Made by a program: the position numbers and the translations under genes. The notes under the pieces are model-generated. The model did no database searches and was not told the DNA's origin. It saw only the letters and a list, made by a program, of their open reading frames with translations. This document shows, piece by piece, positions 19,140-29,050 of a stretch of DNA of 64,000 nt. Positions within the stretch are counted from its first letter, which is position 1, and each line of letters begins with the position of its first letter. Where the stretch lies: NCBI GenBank assembly GCA_947498845.1, contig CANMLX010000022.1:1452-65451 (forward strand), given 5' to 3'. The DNA is from an uncultured Flavobacteriaceae bacterium (lineage in GTDB: Bacteria > Bacteroidota > Bacteroidia > Flavobacteriales > Flavobacteriaceae).

Positions 19140-20909
19140 TTGTACTTTTGCCAAGTGCAAAACAATATTTTAAATACGATTAATTCGCCTAAAGACTTAC
19201 GTCTTTTAAATAAAAAAGACCTGCCTCAATTAGCGCAAGAACTACGTAATTTTATTATAAATATAGTTGCAACCAAGGAAGGGCATTTAGGAGCAAGTTT
19301 AGGTGTTGTAGAATTAACCATTGCATTACACTATATATTTAATACACCCGAAGACCAAGTTATCTGGGATGTAGGACATCAAGCTTACGGCCATAAAATA
19401 CTAACAGGGCGACGCGATCAATTTCATACCAACAGACAATTGGGAGGCATAAGTGGCTTCCCAAAGCGCAGCGAGAGTATTTACGATACGTTTGGTGTTG
19501 GGCATTCGTCTACGTCTATTTCGGCAGCTTTAGGAATGGCCATTGCATCGCAATTAAAAGGGGAAAGCAAACACCATATTGCGGTTATTGGGGACGCATC
19601 TATTGCTAGTGGAATGGCTTTTGAAGGGCTAAACCATGCAGGCGTTACTAGTGCTAATTTGTTAGTAATTTTAAATGATAATGCTATTGGTATTGACCCT
19701 AGTGTGGGCGCTTTAAAGCAATATTTAACCAATGTTAAAAAAGGCACACAAAAGCGTAACAATATTATTGAAGCGTTAAACTTTGACTATTCAGGCCCTA
19801 TCGACGGACATGATATGGATGCTATTATTTTAGAATTAGAGCGCCTAAAAACAGTAAAAGGGCCTAAGCTTCTGCATGTTATCACTACAAAAGGCAAAGG
19901 TTTAAAACAAGCCGAAAGAGATCAGGTAAAATACCATGCACCAGGAAAGTTTGATGCGTCTACAGGAGATTTATTACCAAAAACCAGCAAAGATCAACCG
20001 CCAAAGTATCAAGACGTTTTTGGGCATACCATAGTTGAATTGGCAAAACAAAATAAAAATATAGTAGGCATCACTCCAGCAATGCCTACAGGGAGTTCTC
20101 TTAAATATATGATGGACGCGATTCCAGAACGCGCTTTCGATGTAGGTATTGCCGAGCAGCATGCTGTAACGCTTGCTGCTGGTATGGCAACACAAGGATT
20201 AATCCCTTTTTGTAATATATACTCCACATTTTTACAACGTGCTTACGACCAGATTATACACGATGTAGCCTTACAAAAGCTACCTGTTATTTTTTGTCTA
20301 GATCGTGCAGGTTTAGTTGGGCAAGATGGTGCTACACACCATGGGGTTTTTGATTTAAGTTATTTAAGGTGCATCCCTAATCTCATTATTTTTGCACCAA
20401 GAAATGAGGTAGAATTACGAAATATTCTTTACACAGCACAGTTAGGATTAAAATTGCCTATCGCGATTCGCTACCCAAGAGGGAGAGGCGTGACTATAGA
20501 TTGGAAACAGCCTTTTTCTAAAATAGAAATTGGAAAAGCCGTGCAACTTAAAGAAGGTAAAAACCTTGCTGTACTTAGTATAGGGAGCATTGCAAAAAAT
20601 GTTTCAGAAGCCATTATAGATTTAAATATTGCGCATTTTGATATGCGTTTTGTAAAACCCTTGGACGAAACCTTATTCCATGATATTTTTAAAACATACA
20701 ATACCCTTGTTACTGTTGAAGATAATACTATAACTGGTGGTTTTGGAAGTGCTGTTTTAGAATTTGCAGCTATTCATGATTATAAAAACACCATTAAAAC
20801 TTTAGGTGTTCCTGATAATTTTATAGAGCATGGTAATGTGGATGAATTGTGGGCTTTAGTAGGGTTAGATGTTGAGGGGTTAAATAAAAAAATAGTAGAT
20901 TTGGTATAA
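19140..20909 (+). CDS. dxs: 1-deoxy-D-xylulose-5-phosphate synthase
   Basis: 589 aa. WDVGHQAYGHKILTGR and the TPP-binding region IGDASIASGMAFEGLNHAG. The start is uncertain: TTG 19140 or GTG 19155 (a TACTTTTG -7-like box at 19143-19150 overlaps the TTG option). Confidence 0.9.
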   Translation: MYFCQVQNNILNTINSPKDLRLLNKKDLPQLAQELRNFIINIVATKEGHLGASLGVVELTIALHYIFNTPEDQVIWDVGHQAYGHKILTGRRDQFHTNRQLGGISGFPKRSESIYDTFGVGHSSTSISAALGMAIASQLKGESKHHIAVIGDASIASGMAFEGLNHAGVTSANLLVILNDNAIGIDPSVGALKQYLTNVKKGTQKRNNIIEALNFDYSGPIDGHDMDAIILELERLKTVKGPKLLHVITTKGKGLKQAERDQVKYHAPGKFDASTGDLLPKTSKDQPPKYQDVFGHTIVELAKQNKNIVGITPAMPTGSSLKYMMDAIPERAFDVGIAEQHAVTLAAGMATQGLIPFCNIYSTFLQRAYDQIIHDVALQKLPVIFCLDRAGLVGQDGATHHGVFDLSYLRCIPNLIIFAPRNEVELRNILYTAQLGLKLPIAIRYPRGRGVTIDWKQPFSKIEIGKAVQLKEGKNLAVLSIGSIAKNVSEAIIDLNIAHFDMRFVKPLDETLFHDIFKTYNTLVTVEDNTITGGFGSAVLEFAAIHDYKNTIKTLGVPDNFIEHGNVDELWALVGLDVEGLNKKIVDLV

Positions 20910-21002
20910 TTGTAACCCGATTTTGAGGGAACAAAATTTTGAGCATTTGCAGATAGTGCAAGTAGTATGGCTTTGGAATAGATAGAGGGCGACGCTTTTG
21001 TG

Positions 21003-21455
21003 TTAAGCTGTTTGAGGAATATTTCTACTAATTTTAAATAACTGCATGTAAGCAAGTGTTAAAACAACTGTTGTTGCAAATCCCATGACTGCAACTGTAA
21101 ATGTTACTAAACCTACACTAAAACTATAGCTGTTTCCATAGGGTTGTAGTAATTTTAACATAAATAAGGCGTCAACCTCTGTAGCATAAAACAAAAAGAA
21201 AAATGTAAAAATTAAAGTCGCAATAAAGCCAGATGCAATGCCTGTAGAAAATCCTCCAGAATAAGAAAAGTGTACTCTCTTTTTAAGTTTATTGTGCCGA
21301 ATGGATGCAAAGACACCTAAGCCAACAATAACACTATTAAATAAGCTAAATATTGGTTTTGTATGTAAATTAAATAATGACAAGATTAAAAAGAAAGCTA
21401 TCAACCCTAATCCTACTACTATTCCCAATTTAACAGAAAGGTCTAACTTATTCAT
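21003..21455 (-). CDS. DUF4199-like four-TM membrane protein
   Basis: About 150 aa with four hydrophobic helices, in the size and pattern of the Bacteroidota DUF4199 family. Internal ATG 21455 (MNKLDLSVKLG) preferred. Confidence 0.55.
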   Translation of the reverse strand: MNKLDLSVKLGIVVGLGLIAFFLILSLFNLHTKPIFSLFNSVIVGLGVFASIRHNKLKKRVHFSYSGGFSTGIASGFIATLIFTFFFLFYATEVDALFMLKLLQPYGNSYSFSVGLVTFTVAVMGFATTVVLTLAYMQLFKISRNIPQTA

Positions 21456-21532
21456 AATGAATACTTTTAGATACATGTAAATGTCGTAAAAAAAATAGTG
21501 ATACGCTACAATTTTATGTTAATTTTCCATAT

Positions 21533-21662
21533 GCTAGAAGCTACTATTAATGAAATGGAGAAGCTTAGAAACTAATAAGATGTTCTTAAAGCATTCATAG
21601 AACATGGTAATGTGGACGAGTTGTAGAAGCCAGTTGGGTTGGATGTGACGTGTTAAAACAGT
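21533..21662 (+). pseudogene. relic copy of the dxs 3' end
   Basis: 21594-21662 (CATAGAACATGGTAATGTGGACGAGTTGTAGAAGCCAGTTGGGTTGGATGTGACGTGTTAAAAC) aligns at ~80% to dxs 20822-20890 and contains in-frame stops. Similarity is weaker back to ~21533. Confidence 0.6.
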
Positions 21663-21767
21663 TAATTATCAAGCTTATTTGAGTAGTTTTTTATAGGTAT
21701 TTTGTCTAGCAATCCCTAACTTGATTTCTTTTTAAGTAAATAGTTTATATTAAATAAAATTAAAACA

Positions 21768-22256
21768 ATGAAACAAAATTTAATTGAACTCCACTCAGTT
21801 AGAGCAAAGTTTTTTTTGAACCTTTACATAGTAAATATTATTATGTTTTCAATATTACTTTTTGTGTTAGTTTATCAATCTGTATTTCAAAATAAAGACC
21901 CCAATTATATAATCTATGGAATGGTTATTCTAGTAATCTTAATAAGCTTAGGAATGTATTACTATTCTTTTCTAGGTTATTTGGATGTTAAAGGGAATAT
22001 TCTAATCTTAAAAAAGCCTTTCAGAAAAAAGGAGTGGAAAATAAACTTAGAAGACATTATTAGTGTTGATAAGGAACGTTTATTCATAACCAAAGGGAAA
22101 CATATTAAATTAAGCACATATAATAAAGATAAAACAGACACAATAGCTTATTACATTTTAACATCTAGGTTTGAAGCGCTTTTTGGGTCTGATGATGCCG
22201 AATATTTATGGGAACAAGCACGCAGAAGAAAGAACGAGTTAAAAAGAATAACTTAA
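21768..22256 (+). CDS. hypothetical membrane protein (2 TM + soluble C-terminal domain)
   Basis: 162-aa ORF with an ATG start and two clear hydrophobic helices. No recognisable motif. Confidence 0.5.
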   Translation: MKQNLIELHSVRAKFFLNLYIVNIIMFSILLFVLVYQSVFQNKDPNYIIYGMVILVILISLGMYYYSFLGYLDVKGNILILKKPFRKKEWKINLEDIISVDKERLFITKGKHIKLSTYNKDKTDTIAYYILTSRFEALFGSDDAEYLWEQARRRKNELKRIT

Positions 22257-22263
22257 TTTTTTT

Positions 22264-23604
22264 CTAAAAACTAATCCCCTGTATCTTTTTATATTCTAAA
22301 ATAGCTTTACTATCAGAGAGTAAAGAGACATGGTAACATACACTAGATAAGCGCTCGTACAAACTAGAGCTGTCTGTTTTAATTGTTTTTGGTAAGCCTT
22401 TTAAGATAAGTTTATCGTAATTAGATCCAGTGTTATTAAAACAATTATTTACAGCATTGGTATAGGTTTTTAATAGGGTGTTAATAACGCCATAGCCTGC
22501 TATTTCTTTATCAACGACTTCACTAGATTGGTATACTTTATCTACACTTATTTTAATAATGTCGTTTATTTGGGGGTCGTATTTGCTTTTATCCAGCAAA
22601 GCACAATCAAAATCACCATTTAAAATAGCATCCTCATGAGTCATAAAAATGTCTACAGCTTCGTTTATAAGGGAGCCAATAGCTAGGGCACGTAAATACC
22701 CTATACGATCTTCTTTGGTAGAAAGCGCATAATAGTTTTCGGGTCTAATGGTATTTCTAATAATCTTAGATAAATATTCCAGAGCAAATTCTTCTTGAAT
22801 TAAACCTAAATTAATACCATCTTCAAAATCGATAATAGTGTAGCAAATATCGTCTGCAGCTTCAACTAAATACGTAAGTGGATGACGTGAAAAGCTTAAA
22901 TGGGTTTTACTTCTGGATAAAAGACCTAAGTCTTTAGCAACATCTATAAAGGTATCTTTTTCACTTTGAAAAAAACCATATTTTTTATCAGCAATATGCT
23001 TGGTAGGTTTTTTTGGTAATGACTCTTTAGGATATTTCATAAAAGCGCCTAAAGTGGCATAACTTAAACGTAGGCCACCAATGCGTCCAGTTCTGTTTTC
23101 GGTAAGAATTTTAAAGCCGTTAGCGTTACCTTCAAAATCACAGAGGTCTTGGTATTCTTTAGGGGTTAATTCATCTTTATAGGTTTTACCTTCACCAGTA
23201 ATAAAAAATTCGCCAATAGCTTTTTCTCCAGAATGCCCAAAAGGCGGGTTACCAATATCGTGTGCTAATGCAGCAGCAGCGACAATGGCTCCAAAATCGT
23301 TGGCACGATACCCATGAATACTTTCCAAATGTGGATACTTTTCTATAATTCTTTTACCAGCAAGCCTCCCGAGAGAACGCCCAACAACACTAACCTCCAA
23401 ACTATGGGTTAAGCGGGTATGTACAAAATCGGTTTGTGATAAAGGAATAACTTGTGTTTTGTCTTGTAGGCTTCTAAACTCCGATGAGAAAATAATACGA
23501 TCGTAATCTACTTCAAACCCTAAACGCGTCTCGTCTTGTTCTTTACGTAATCTTTTATTTGTGTCTCCAAAACGTTTTAAAGAGAGCAATTGTTCCCAAT
23601 TCAT
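22264..23604 (-). CDS. dgt: dGTP triphosphohydrolase-like HD-domain protein
   Basis: 446 aa. HD-domain motifs RLTHSLEV and AHDIGNPPFGH, with DD downstream. Confidence 0.9.
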   Translation of the reverse strand: MNWEQLLSLKRFGDTNKRLRKEQDETRLGFEVDYDRIIFSSEFRSLQDKTQVIPLSQTDFVHTRLTHSLEVSVVGRSLGRLAGKRIIEKYPHLESIHGYRANDFGAIVAAAALAHDIGNPPFGHSGEKAIGEFFITGEGKTYKDELTPKEYQDLCDFEGNANGFKILTENRTGRIGGLRLSYATLGAFMKYPKESLPKKPTKHIADKKYGFFQSEKDTFIDVAKDLGLLSRSKTHLSFSRHPLTYLVEAADDICYTIIDFEDGINLGLIQEEFALEYLSKIIRNTIRPENYYALSTKEDRIGYLRALAIGSLINEAVDIFMTHEDAILNGDFDCALLDKSKYDPQINDIIKISVDKVYQSSEVVDKEIAGYGVINTLLKTYTNAVNNCFNNTGSNYDKLILKGLPKTIKTDSSSLYERLSSVCYHVSLLSDSKAILEYKKIQGISF

Positions 23605-23784
23605 AGTGTAACTTTAAGCGTGGACAATATAGTTAAATTGATAGAAATAGTGCACTTTTTGTAATGATGATTGTATACAATGCGTTAACAACAGGATAAC
23701 TTTTTAATGACTAACTGTTAACTTTTTAGTAACATACGCATCGTACTTAAATGAGATCTTTGCAGTGCTATTATTTTAAACTAA

Positions 23785-24183
23785 ATGAGACAACTTTTAT
23801 TTACACTTACACTCCTACTAGGATTAACGTCTTTTGGTCAAAATGCTGGTGGAATTAGCGGCAGTGTTATAGATTTAGACTCCGATAACCAATCCCCTTT
23901 ACTGTTCGCAACAGTTATGATAAAAGAAACTGGAGCCAAAGTAATGACCGACGAAAACGGCCATTTTAAATTTAATGGTATTCAAAATGGAGACTACACT
24001 TTAGTATGTAGTTTTACAGGTTACGCTACTAAAGAAGTTAAAGCGAAAGTATTAAAAAGCAAAGACGCTCAAATAAAATTATACTTAGAACCCAGCACAT
24101 TATCTTTAGATGATTTTGCTTTAGTTATGGCTGCCAATAAAAAAGTTGATAGTGACGAAAAAGAGCAAGCCAATAATAATTAA
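23785..24183 (+). CDS. stand-alone CarboxypepD_reg-like domain protein (secreted)
   Basis: 132 aa with a signal peptide. GSVIDLDSDNQSPLLFATVMIKETG...TDENGHFKF...GDYTLVCSFTGY resembles the N-terminal domain of the TonB-dependent receptor at 24785. Confidence 0.7.
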   Translation: MRQLLFTLTLLLGLTSFGQNAGGISGSVIDLDSDNQSPLLFATVMIKETGAKVMTDENGHFKFNGIQNGDYTLVCSFTGYATKEVKAKVLKSKDAQIKLYLEPSTLSLDDFALVMAANKKVDSDEKEQANNN

Positions 24184-24258
24184 CAATGAATGATTAGTAA
24201 TATGTGATATTGCTATTATTTTTAAGACATATTATCTATATCTAATAAAAATTTAAAA

Positions 24259-24287
24259 CCTTTAGAACTTAGTTCTGAAGGTTTTTT
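24259..24287 (+). terminator. rho-independent terminator
   Basis: CCTTTAGAAC-TTAG-TTCTGAAGG hairpin (one mismatch) followed by T6. Confidence 0.6.
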
Positions 24288-24357
24288 GTTTTAACGTGAC
24301 TTGAGTTTTAAATTCTGATAAATGATTTATTGTTATGACACTGGAAAAACAATGACT

Positions 24358-24480
24358 TGTCATGTCGACAGAGTGAAGTATGAGCGACGGAGACATCTCA
24401 CTTGTTGACCTCCTCGTAAAGCATCGTTTCACATCTTCAATCAAAATGTATTTTAATTTCAATAGCATTCGGAATTGACA
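24358..24480. repeat. R2 palindromic-ended intergenic repeat, copy 1
   Basis: Left end TGTCATGTCGACAGAGTG; right end reverse complement TGTCAATTCCGAATG. The internal block CTTCAATCAAAATGTATTTTAATTTCAATA is shared with 31508-31537. Confidence 0.6.
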
Positions 24481-24784
24481 ATATTAGTAGTAAGATTTTG
24501 GTATAAGATATTGATTGTTAGATCGTAATGTGTATTTCTCACACTAATATAGATATTATGCAATAGGTATTCGTTATAGATGGGCTATTGCTCAATCCAG
24601 ATTTAAGTAAGAAAACTTACAGATGTTTTTTTAGGAACGATATGTTAATTAATTGTAAAAAAACTGCCAAAAAACAGCTAATCAAGTAACATTAACCTAA
24701 CACTTTTATTACGATTCTTTAAACATTAAGTAACAAGAGGTTTATATAGTGGTAGTTTCTTTGCAAAAAATTAATATCATAAAA

Positions 24785-27562
24785 ATGATGAAAAAAATAT
24801 CACTAGTATTAGTGTTACTCTCAACAATATTTTCCTATGCTCAAGACACGGGATCGGTAGCAGGAAAATTAACTGACAAGGAGTACAACAATGAGCCTCT
24901 AGCTTATGCGAATGTACTTATTAAGGGGACTACAAAAGGGACCACATCAGATTTTGATGGCTTGTATTCTTTGGAAGGCTTAGCCCCAGGGGCGTATACC
25001 TTGATATTTAGTTTTGTAGGTTACGAAACGCAGCAAATTCCTGTGAATATAGTCGCAGGGAAAGTAACTACAGTAAATGTACCAATGGGTGCGAGTGCGG
25101 CTTCTTTGGATGAAATTGTGATTAAAACAACAACTAAAAAAGAAAGCGAAGAAGCATTAAATTTAGAACAAAAGAAAGCTGTTGAAATAAAAACAGCTAT
25201 TGGAGTTCAAGAACTGACTAAAAAAGCTGTGTCAAATGCAGCAGCAGCAACATTAAAAGTTACTGGAGTAAACAAGAAAGAAGGCTCTAGTAAAATTTAT
25301 GTTAGAGGATTGGGCGATAGATACAATACAACAACACTTAACGGATTGCCATTACCTTCTAACGACCCAAGAAATAAGAATGTTGATTTATCGTTATTTG
25401 GGACAAGCATTATACAAAATGTTGGGATTAGCAAAGCATTTTCATCATATATGTCATCAGATGTATCTGGAGCAAATATTGATGTAGTAAGTAACGAGAA
25501 TTCTAAAAAGTCACTATTAAAAATAGGAGTATCAACAGGAATGAACACTCAAACAACACTTAAAGATTTTAAAGAAATTGATGGAGCTAATTGGTTTGGT
25601 GTAAATTCTAATACAAAACATGATATAAGAAGTTTAAATACATATAATTTTAAAAATGGCTATACTCCAAATTCAGGACTAGCAAGCCCTAATTTTGGGT
25701 TGTCAGTTAATTATGGAAAAAAGATTACATTATCAGATGAGAGTAACCTAAGTTTTTTCTTAGTAGGTTCTTTTTCTAATAAGTATAGTTATTATGATGG
25801 AATATCGGACAACGTAATACGACTACTTGATAATGGAAATTTAAGTATTGGAGATAAATACAATACCGAAACATTTAACTATAATGCCTCAAAAATGGCA
25901 ATGGGAAACATTACTTATAAAATTAATAATAATCATAAGTTAAAGTTTAATCATTTATTCGTACACTCCAATAATCAAAAAATACAGGACTTTGTTGGAA
26001 CTACTAATGATGTAGGTAGAGGTGATGATGATAATAGATTGGTTAACAAGCTATTTCAAACAGAAATTCAAAACAGACTTTTTGTAAATCAATTACTTTC
26101 AGAAAATAAGTTTGAAGAATCCATTGATGTAAATGCTGCAGTTGCTTATAATGCTATTTATAATGATGAACCAGACAGAAGAAGTAATGTATTTATAATA
26201 AATAATGATACTAATACAACAAGGATTTCCCAAAATGCAGTAAGAAATAACAGTAGATATTATGGTAACCTATTCGAAAGTAATATAGCTGGTAACTTAA
26301 ATGCTATTAAATATTTGGGAGATCGTTCTGAAAACAAAGGAAAAATCACAGTGGGTTATAATGGAAATGTTATAAATAGAAAGTTTGATGCAATGAACTT
26401 TGATCACAGATTTGTTGATCCAATTAATACTTTTATTAATCCTAATAATTTTAATTCAGTTTTTAGCCAAGATAATTTTGATGATGGATTTTTCTCAATA
26501 GAAACTTCTAGAGGTCAAAATAATGATGCTGAATCGTTTATTCCAAGTCTATATGATGGTGAAAAAACACTTCATTCAGCTTATGTAGATGCGATTTATA
26601 AGTTTAATGATAAGTTTACTGCAAATGTAGGGATACGTGCAGAGGATATAAAAATGAATGTAAGTTGGAATGTACCGATAGCTCTTATAGGATTTTCTAA
26701 AGAGGGAGAGGTAGATTTAGATAAAAGTTATGTATTACCAACACTTAATTTAAAATACCAACTTAATGACAAAATTAACTTAAGAGCTTCAGGTAGTGTC
26801 ACTTATACTTACCCTCAGTTTAAAGAAGTTGCTCCGTTTCCTTATGAATATATCAATTCCATAGAAAGAGGTAATCCAGGTTTAATACCTTCTGATAATT
26901 ATAATGGAGAACTTAAGTTTGAAATGTTTCCAAGTAAAAGCGAACTAATTTCTGTAGGAGTATTTGGTAAAACAATCCAAAATTCTATCAACCGTTTTGA
27001 AGAAAACTCTGCTGCTGAAAATGCTTATACTTATATTAATGCTGGAGACGCAACGGTTTTTGGAGCTGAATTAGAAGGTAAGTTTGATTTGTTCTCTAAT
27101 GAGTCAGCAGATGGTGAAAAAACTAATAACCTTACATTAGGAGGTAATTTAACAGTTATGAGCACTAAAGTTACTTATGATGAGGCATCAAACCCTACAA
27201 TAAACTTTACAGGAAATGATTCACAATTAGAAGGAGCTGCGCCATTAACATTTAACGCAGACATTTCATATGGACTTAATAAAGGTGAAAAGGAAACTAT
27301 AGGAACATTAGTATTTAACTACCAAAGTGATAAGGTTTATAGTATTTCTTCAAACTTTAAAGAAAATGTTATTGAAAAAGGAGTGCCTTTGTTAGATTTT
27401 GTATTTAGCCATAAGTTTAATAAAACTTTAGGAGTGAAATTCAATGCTAAGAACTTACTAAATGCAAGTTTTGAAAGATATAGAGATATTGATAGTAAAC
27501 CTACAATGATATCCTACAAAAAAGGAATTTCAATATCTGCAGGAATAAGTTTTAACCTGTAA
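24785..27562 (+). CDS. TonB-dependent receptor with CarboxypepD_reg N-terminal domain
   Basis: About 925 aa from MMKKISLVLVLLSTIFSYAQ. Contains a CarboxypepD_reg domain, a plug (IYVRGLGDRYNTTTLNGLPLPS) and a long beta-barrel ending ...GISFNL. Confidence 0.9.
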   Translation: MMKKISLVLVLLSTIFSYAQDTGSVAGKLTDKEYNNEPLAYANVLIKGTTKGTTSDFDGLYSLEGLAPGAYTLIFSFVGYETQQIPVNIVAGKVTTVNVPMGASAASLDEIVIKTTTKKESEEALNLEQKKAVEIKTAIGVQELTKKAVSNAAAATLKVTGVNKKEGSSKIYVRGLGDRYNTTTLNGLPLPSNDPRNKNVDLSLFGTSIIQNVGISKAFSSYMSSDVSGANIDVVSNENSKKSLLKIGVSTGMNTQTTLKDFKEIDGANWFGVNSNTKHDIRSLNTYNFKNGYTPNSGLASPNFGLSVNYGKKITLSDESNLSFFLVGSFSNKYSYYDGISDNVIRLLDNGNLSIGDKYNTETFNYNASKMAMGNITYKINNNHKLKFNHLFVHSNNQKIQDFVGTTNDVGRGDDDNRLVNKLFQTEIQNRLFVNQLLSENKFEESIDVNAAVAYNAIYNDEPDRRSNVFIINNDTNTTRISQNAVRNNSRYYGNLFESNIAGNLNAIKYLGDRSENKGKITVGYNGNVINRKFDAMNFDHRFVDPINTFINPNNFNSVFSQDNFDDGFFSIETSRGQNNDAESFIPSLYDGEKTLHSAYVDAIYKFNDKFTANVGIRAEDIKMNVSWNVPIALIGFSKEGEVDLDKSYVLPTLNLKYQLNDKINLRASGSVTYTYPQFKEVAPFPYEYINSIERGNPGLIPSDNYNGELKFEMFPSKSELISVGVFGKTIQNSINRFEENSAAENAYTYINAGDATVFGAELEGKFDLFSNESADGEKTNNLTLGGNLTVMSTKVTYDEASNPTINFTGNDSQLEGAAPLTFNADISYGLNKGEKETIGTLVFNYQSDKVYSISSNFKENVIEKGVPLLDFVFSHKFNKTLGVKFNAKNLLNASFERYRDIDSKPTMISYKKGISISAGISFNL

Positions 27563-27588
27563 GCAAATAAATACTTGATAAAATGTGA

Positions 27589-27615
27589 CCCTCTAAATTT
27601 TTTAGGGGGTTTTTT
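27589..27615 (+). terminator. rho-independent terminator
   Basis: CCCTCTAAA-TTT-TTTAGGGGG hairpin followed by a T-run. Confidence 0.6.
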
Positions 27616-27750
27616 ATTTAATAGCACCTCAACACCAATAACATTAACTTAACATTACCTCTCTTTCTTAATACAATGGTAATATTTACATAAAACACAA
27701 GTTAAGCAGTTCAAGTTATTTTGCTACAAATTTTAAAAATCAACAAAAAA

Positions 27751-28950
27751 ATGAAAACATTAAAAAATTTGCTTATTGCTGTAGTGATAGTTTCAGTCTT
27801 CTCATGTTCGTCTGACGACGATAATAGGACTATTGATCCAGGCAATGGTGGTGAAAATCCAATAACAGGAACAGAATTAAGTGGAGATCTTACAGCAGAT
27901 GGAAAATTAGAAGCAAGTAAAGAATATACTTTAACAGGATCTTTTACTATTAAAAGTGGTGCTACTTTAGAAATCGAACCAGGTACAGTAATTAAAGCTA
28001 AATCTGGAAGAACAGACATCTTTTTAGCAGTAGAAAGAGGTGGGAAATTAGTAGCTAAAGGTACAGCTGCTAACCCAATTAGATTTACTTCAGATGCTGC
28101 TTCACCTAAAGCTGGTGATTGGGGAGGAATTGTTTTAGCAGGTAAAGCACCTAGCAATAAAGGAGCGAATGTTCAGTCTGAAGTTGCAGGATTACTTTAT
28201 GGTGGTACAGAAACTACAGATAGTTCAGGAGAATTAAGCTATGTAATAGCAGAATATACTGGAGCTAAAATTAACGGTGAGCAAGAATTTAATGGCATTT
28301 CTTTCTTTGGTGTAGGTAGTGGCACTATAGTTAATAATATAGTAGTTAGCAATGGTAGCGATGACGGTATTGAGTTTTTCGGAGGAACAGTGAACGTAAC
28401 TAATGCTTACTGTGCTAATATTGCTGATGATATGTTCGATTGGACTGAAGGATATACTGGTACTATTACAAACGCGTTTGGTGTACGTAACGATGGTTTC
28501 GATGCTGCAACAGATGACCCAAGAGGTATTGAAGGTGATAGTAATGGATCAAATCCTACAGCAGCTCCTATCTCAACGCCAACTTTAAAGAATGTTACAA
28601 TATTAAACTTAAATCCAGATGTAGCTCTTAAAGCAGGTGCAGAAATTAGAAGAGGAACAAAAGCTGTGATAAACAACATTTTATTTGCTGCTTATGGTAA
28701 TGCATCTTTTGGTAACAGAATAGATACTGCTGATGATAAAGGAAATGGTGAATTAACTATTTCTGGCGCTTCTGCTCAAGGTAACGTGGGAGACGATAAA
28801 GAAGGAGGTGCTATTACTGGTACTGTAACAGAAATTACAGATGGTATTACAGTTACTGCAGATAATACTGTTACTACTAAAGCTGGAGTAGGTGCAGATT
28901 TAACTGCTTTTGCTTGGGCTAACCAAAGTTTTGTGGTTACTAAGTTATAA
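27751..28950 (+). CDS. lipoprotein partner of the receptor, Gly/Thr-rich beta-helix-like
   Basis: Lipoprotein signal MKTLKNLLIAVVIVSVFSC. Repetitive G/T/N-rich sequence (GDWGGIVLAGKAP..., NGSDDGIEFFGGTVNV). Immediately downstream of the receptor. No named family recognised. Confidence 0.65.
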   Translation: MKTLKNLLIAVVIVSVFSCSSDDDNRTIDPGNGGENPITGTELSGDLTADGKLEASKEYTLTGSFTIKSGATLEIEPGTVIKAKSGRTDIFLAVERGGKLVAKGTAANPIRFTSDAASPKAGDWGGIVLAGKAPSNKGANVQSEVAGLLYGGTETTDSSGELSYVIAEYTGAKINGEQEFNGISFFGVGSGTIVNNIVVSNGSDDGIEFFGGTVNVTNAYCANIADDMFDWTEGYTGTITNAFGVRNDGFDAATDDPRGIEGDSNGSNPTAAPISTPTLKNVTILNLNPDVALKAGAEIRRGTKAVINNILFAAYGNASFGNRIDTADDKGNGELTISGASAQGNVGDDKEGGAITGTVTEITDGITVTADNTVTTKAGVGADLTAFAWANQSFVVTKL

Positions 28951-28989
28951 ACTAGGAAATTTAGTAAGCTACAAATTCAAAATAAATAC

Positions 28990-29018
28990 AAAAAGCATCC
29001 CAATCGGGATGCTTTTTT
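28990..29018. terminator. bidirectional terminator (duplicated at 30721-30748)
   Basis: A-run, GCATCCC-AATC-GGGATGC hairpin, T-run. Confidence 0.7.
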
Positions 29019-29050
29019 CAATGTTACTAAAAACATGTTAGTGTTATATT

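Noticed and set aside
24262-24468. 68-aa minus-strand ORF
   Set aside because: It is almost entirely made of the R2 intergenic repeat and a terminator hairpin.
27711-28157. 148-aa minus-strand ORF overlapping the lipoprotein gene start
   Set aside because: It is antisense to a well-supported lipoprotein gene that has a clear signal peptide and terminator. No independent coding signal.
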